Of a DNA stretch of 64,000 nucleotides, positions 61,542-64,000 are shown piece by piece. Each line of letters begins with the position of its first letter. Within the stretch, counting starts at the first letter, position 1. Origin of the DNA: Tubulanus polymorphus. Taxonomy: Eukaryota > Animalia > Nemertea. The notes under the pieces are model-generated. The model ran no database searches, was not told the origin of the DNA, and saw nothing but the letters and a program-made list of their open reading frames with translations. The DNA lies in the NCBI RefSeq assembly GCF_964204645.1, contig NC_134034.1, forward strand, positions 13,033,062 through 13,097,061. Direction: 5' to 3'. The position numbers and the translations under genes are program-made.

Positions 61542-64000
61542 CTATTCAGAAACTTGCGATTGTTGCGTTTTAATCGAACGTGACGTCAACGATTCTTGCG
61601 CGACGAAGTTTCTAATAGGCTGTTGCACGCCGCATTCCGGTTTCAGCTCGATCGTCGAGTCTTTGCCGATTTTCAACTTGATTTGTGATTCGAATTTCAA
61701 TAACCAGTAGGTGACCATTTCACCTTTACCCTGCAACACAGAAAATCAGAATAGTAAATGATGGCTGTTGATTGTGGTTCATATGGCAGCTGATTGTGGT
61801 TGATATGACTGCTGATTGTGGTTCATATGGCCGCTGATTGTGGCTTATTTGGCTGCTGATTGTGGTTCATATGGCTGCTGATTGTGGTTTATTTTGCTGC
61901 TGATTGTGGTTCATATGGCTGCTGATTGTGGTGCATATGGCTGCTGATTGTGGTTCATATGGTTGCTGATTGTGGTGCATATGGCTGCTGATTGTGGTTT
62001 ATATGGCTGCTGATTGTGGTGCATATGGCTGCTGATTGTGGTTCATATGGCTGCTGATTGTAGTTCGTATGGCTGCTGATTGTGGTGCATATGGCTGCTG
62101 ATTGTGGTTCATATGGCTGCTGATTGTGGTTCGTATGGCTGCTGATTGTGGTGCATATGGCTGCTGATTGTGGTTCATATGGTTGCTGATTGTAGTTCAT
62201 ATCAAACAGTCGTTTTTGTCATTATTAAAACACGCGCTGATTTCTCGCTCGAAACAAACCTTAATTTCAGTTTTTCCGCGCTGTTCCACTGCAAACATGT
62301 CCGTTTTCTCTAACATTCTCGCTGTTCTGGCGCTGATGTGGATGCGATTTGCTGCAATGGAAAGGTTCCGAGCATAATCTATGATAAATAGTTGAAAATC
62401 AATGAACTCGGTAGCGTTGGGACTGCTGTAAATATTTCACCGAGTTGAGAATCAGGGAACTCGGTAGCGTGTTGAGACTGCTGTAAATATTTCACTGAGT
62501 TGAGAATCAGGGAACTCGGTAGCGGGTTGGGACTGCTGTAAATATTTCACCGAGTTGAGAATCAGAGAACTCGGTAGCGTTGGGACTGCTGTAAATATTT
62601 CAAACCTAGGTGTTCATCCCAAAGAATATTTTTTTTGCTGTGTGCCAATTTCCTGATGAACTTACGTAAACCTTGTGACTCCATACGCGAGGCCGTGTTG
62701 ACCGTATCCCCGAACAGGCAATATCGAGGTAAAGCTGTGCCCACAACACCGGCTACAACAGTTCCTACAATAAGTGATAATATTGAGGAGACCCATTATA
62801 GAACATTTAAAAGATTAAACACTCCTGATGATGGGGGAGAGGGAGAGGGAGAGGGAGAGGGAGAGGGAGAGGGAGAGGGAGAGGGAGAGGGAGAGGGAGA
62901 GGGAGAGGGAGAGGGAGAGGGAGAGGGAGAGGGAGAGGGAGAGGGAATTAGCTTTTTAACAGGGAAGGATCACTTACCGGAGTGTATTCCTATTCGGAGA
63001 GACAATTTACCGGAAGTGTCGAACTCTTTTTCGGAAACTACCTTCATGACATCCAGGGCCATCCGGGCTATTTCTGATACGTGACGTCGCCCGTTATGTT
63101 GCGGCAGACCTAACGATATTCATTTCAATATTCGGTATTCATTTCACGTGAAAAACATAAAGCAAAATCCGGAAAAAGGTAAAAACGATTTATCAAAAAC
63201 TATTCAGAAATTGAGAATCGAATAGTAAGGGTCAGGCTAGAAGAGCGCTTTCCACCCAAGCCTGCAATGTCTTCTACTCCACAAACGTAACCCACGAGGA
63301 TGAAAATTCACCATTTTCAAGAGCTATTTCCTCCAGATATTGTGCATTTGAAAGTTGTAGAAGGCAGCGGGGGCAGAGAAACCCTTGGCAATTACGAGTC
63401 AAACATCGATCGATTAAAGACCCTATCAATAACTCTGTTAGGCATTGAAAAGTGCTTGTCAGTCCCAAGTGAAGTCAGTCCCAAGTGAAGTCAGTCCCAA
63501 GTGAAGTCAGTCCCAAGTGAAGGATTCTAACATTGTACGCCGGCGAGTCCCAAAAACATGGCGCCTGGAAACTATAAAAAGGCGTGTTGGATATAACAAT
63601 ATTTCCAAAAAGGGCATCATTTCTACCAAAATTCCTCGGAGGGAAGGGGGGGGGGCTTAAAAACATCGAAGATGCACTGATCGGGTCAAAGTTAACAGTA
63701 ACCGGGTCTTGGCGTTTACTTACCCGATGCTACCATATACTTATCCCCGACCGTTTCCACTTTATAAACGTCGTACAAGTCGATCCTCTCGTCCAGAAGA
63801 CTGTACAAATTACCCAGCAAACCGACGATTTCGATGGGAACCATTTTCGCCGTGATCTTGTTGAAACCGGCGATTCCCGTGAACAGTATCGTCGCCTCTC
63901 GAAAATATTCGGCGTTCACTTCGCGATGGTACTTCAACTGTTCGGCCACCGTGCGCGGCAACATTTGATACAGCAACGAATCGGTGAGTTTCTTCTCTTC
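61542..64000 (-). CDS. Guanylate cyclase, C-terminal coiled-coil + catalytic domain (5'-partial)
   Basis: Exons >64000-63724, 63109-62978, 62764-62666, 62351-62260, 61730-61542. Motifs [76 protein letters not shown]. Confidence 0.93.
61760..62200. repeat. 22-bp minisatellite (ggctgctgattgtggttcatat)n in the last cyclase intron
   Basis: About 20 units read directly. Confidence 0.95.
62400..62605. repeat. About 55-bp tandem repeat, about 4 copies
   Basis: gaactcggtagcgttgggactgctgtaaatatttcaccgagttgagaatcagg units. Confidence 0.9.
62836..62947. repeat. (GAGGGA)n polypurine microsatellite
   Basis: Direct reading of the sequence; intronic. Confidence 0.98.

Noticed and set aside
62635-63084. 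149-aa ORF with a (GE)n tract
   Set aside because: Antisense to cyclase exons and kept open by the GAGGGA microsatellite.

Overview
Eukaryotic (animal, probably a lophotrochozoan-type invertebrate) genomic DNA: about 38% GC by eye, GT-AG introns, many MITEs and satellites. Genes reconstructed by hand, left to right: an intronless MurL-like PP-loop ATPase/epimerase that looks bacterial (873-2300, +); an intronless peptide-type GPCR (3452-4495, +); a 6-exon opsin (-); a 7-exon secreted lectin with two C-type lectin domains (-); a divergent intronless GPCR (-); a 15-exon sterol O-acyltransferase (42496-56682, +); and the 3' part of a guanylate cyclase (-, runs off the right edge). The main discovery lies at about 25-42 kb, where the ORF track shows no complete gene. 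It is a tandem, partly inverted array of at least 8 copies (plus 2 relics) of a tiny 3-exon gene. The start codon is split from the rest by a phase-1 intron, and the product is a signal peptide + KEKR + a short hypervariable mature peptide. Two near-identical recent duplicates differ by 5 nonsynonymous and 0 synonymous changes, all inside a Gly-stop (amidated) 17-mer. This resembles a toxin, antimicrobial or pheromone peptide family. All gene models are manual, with no expression data or database searches.
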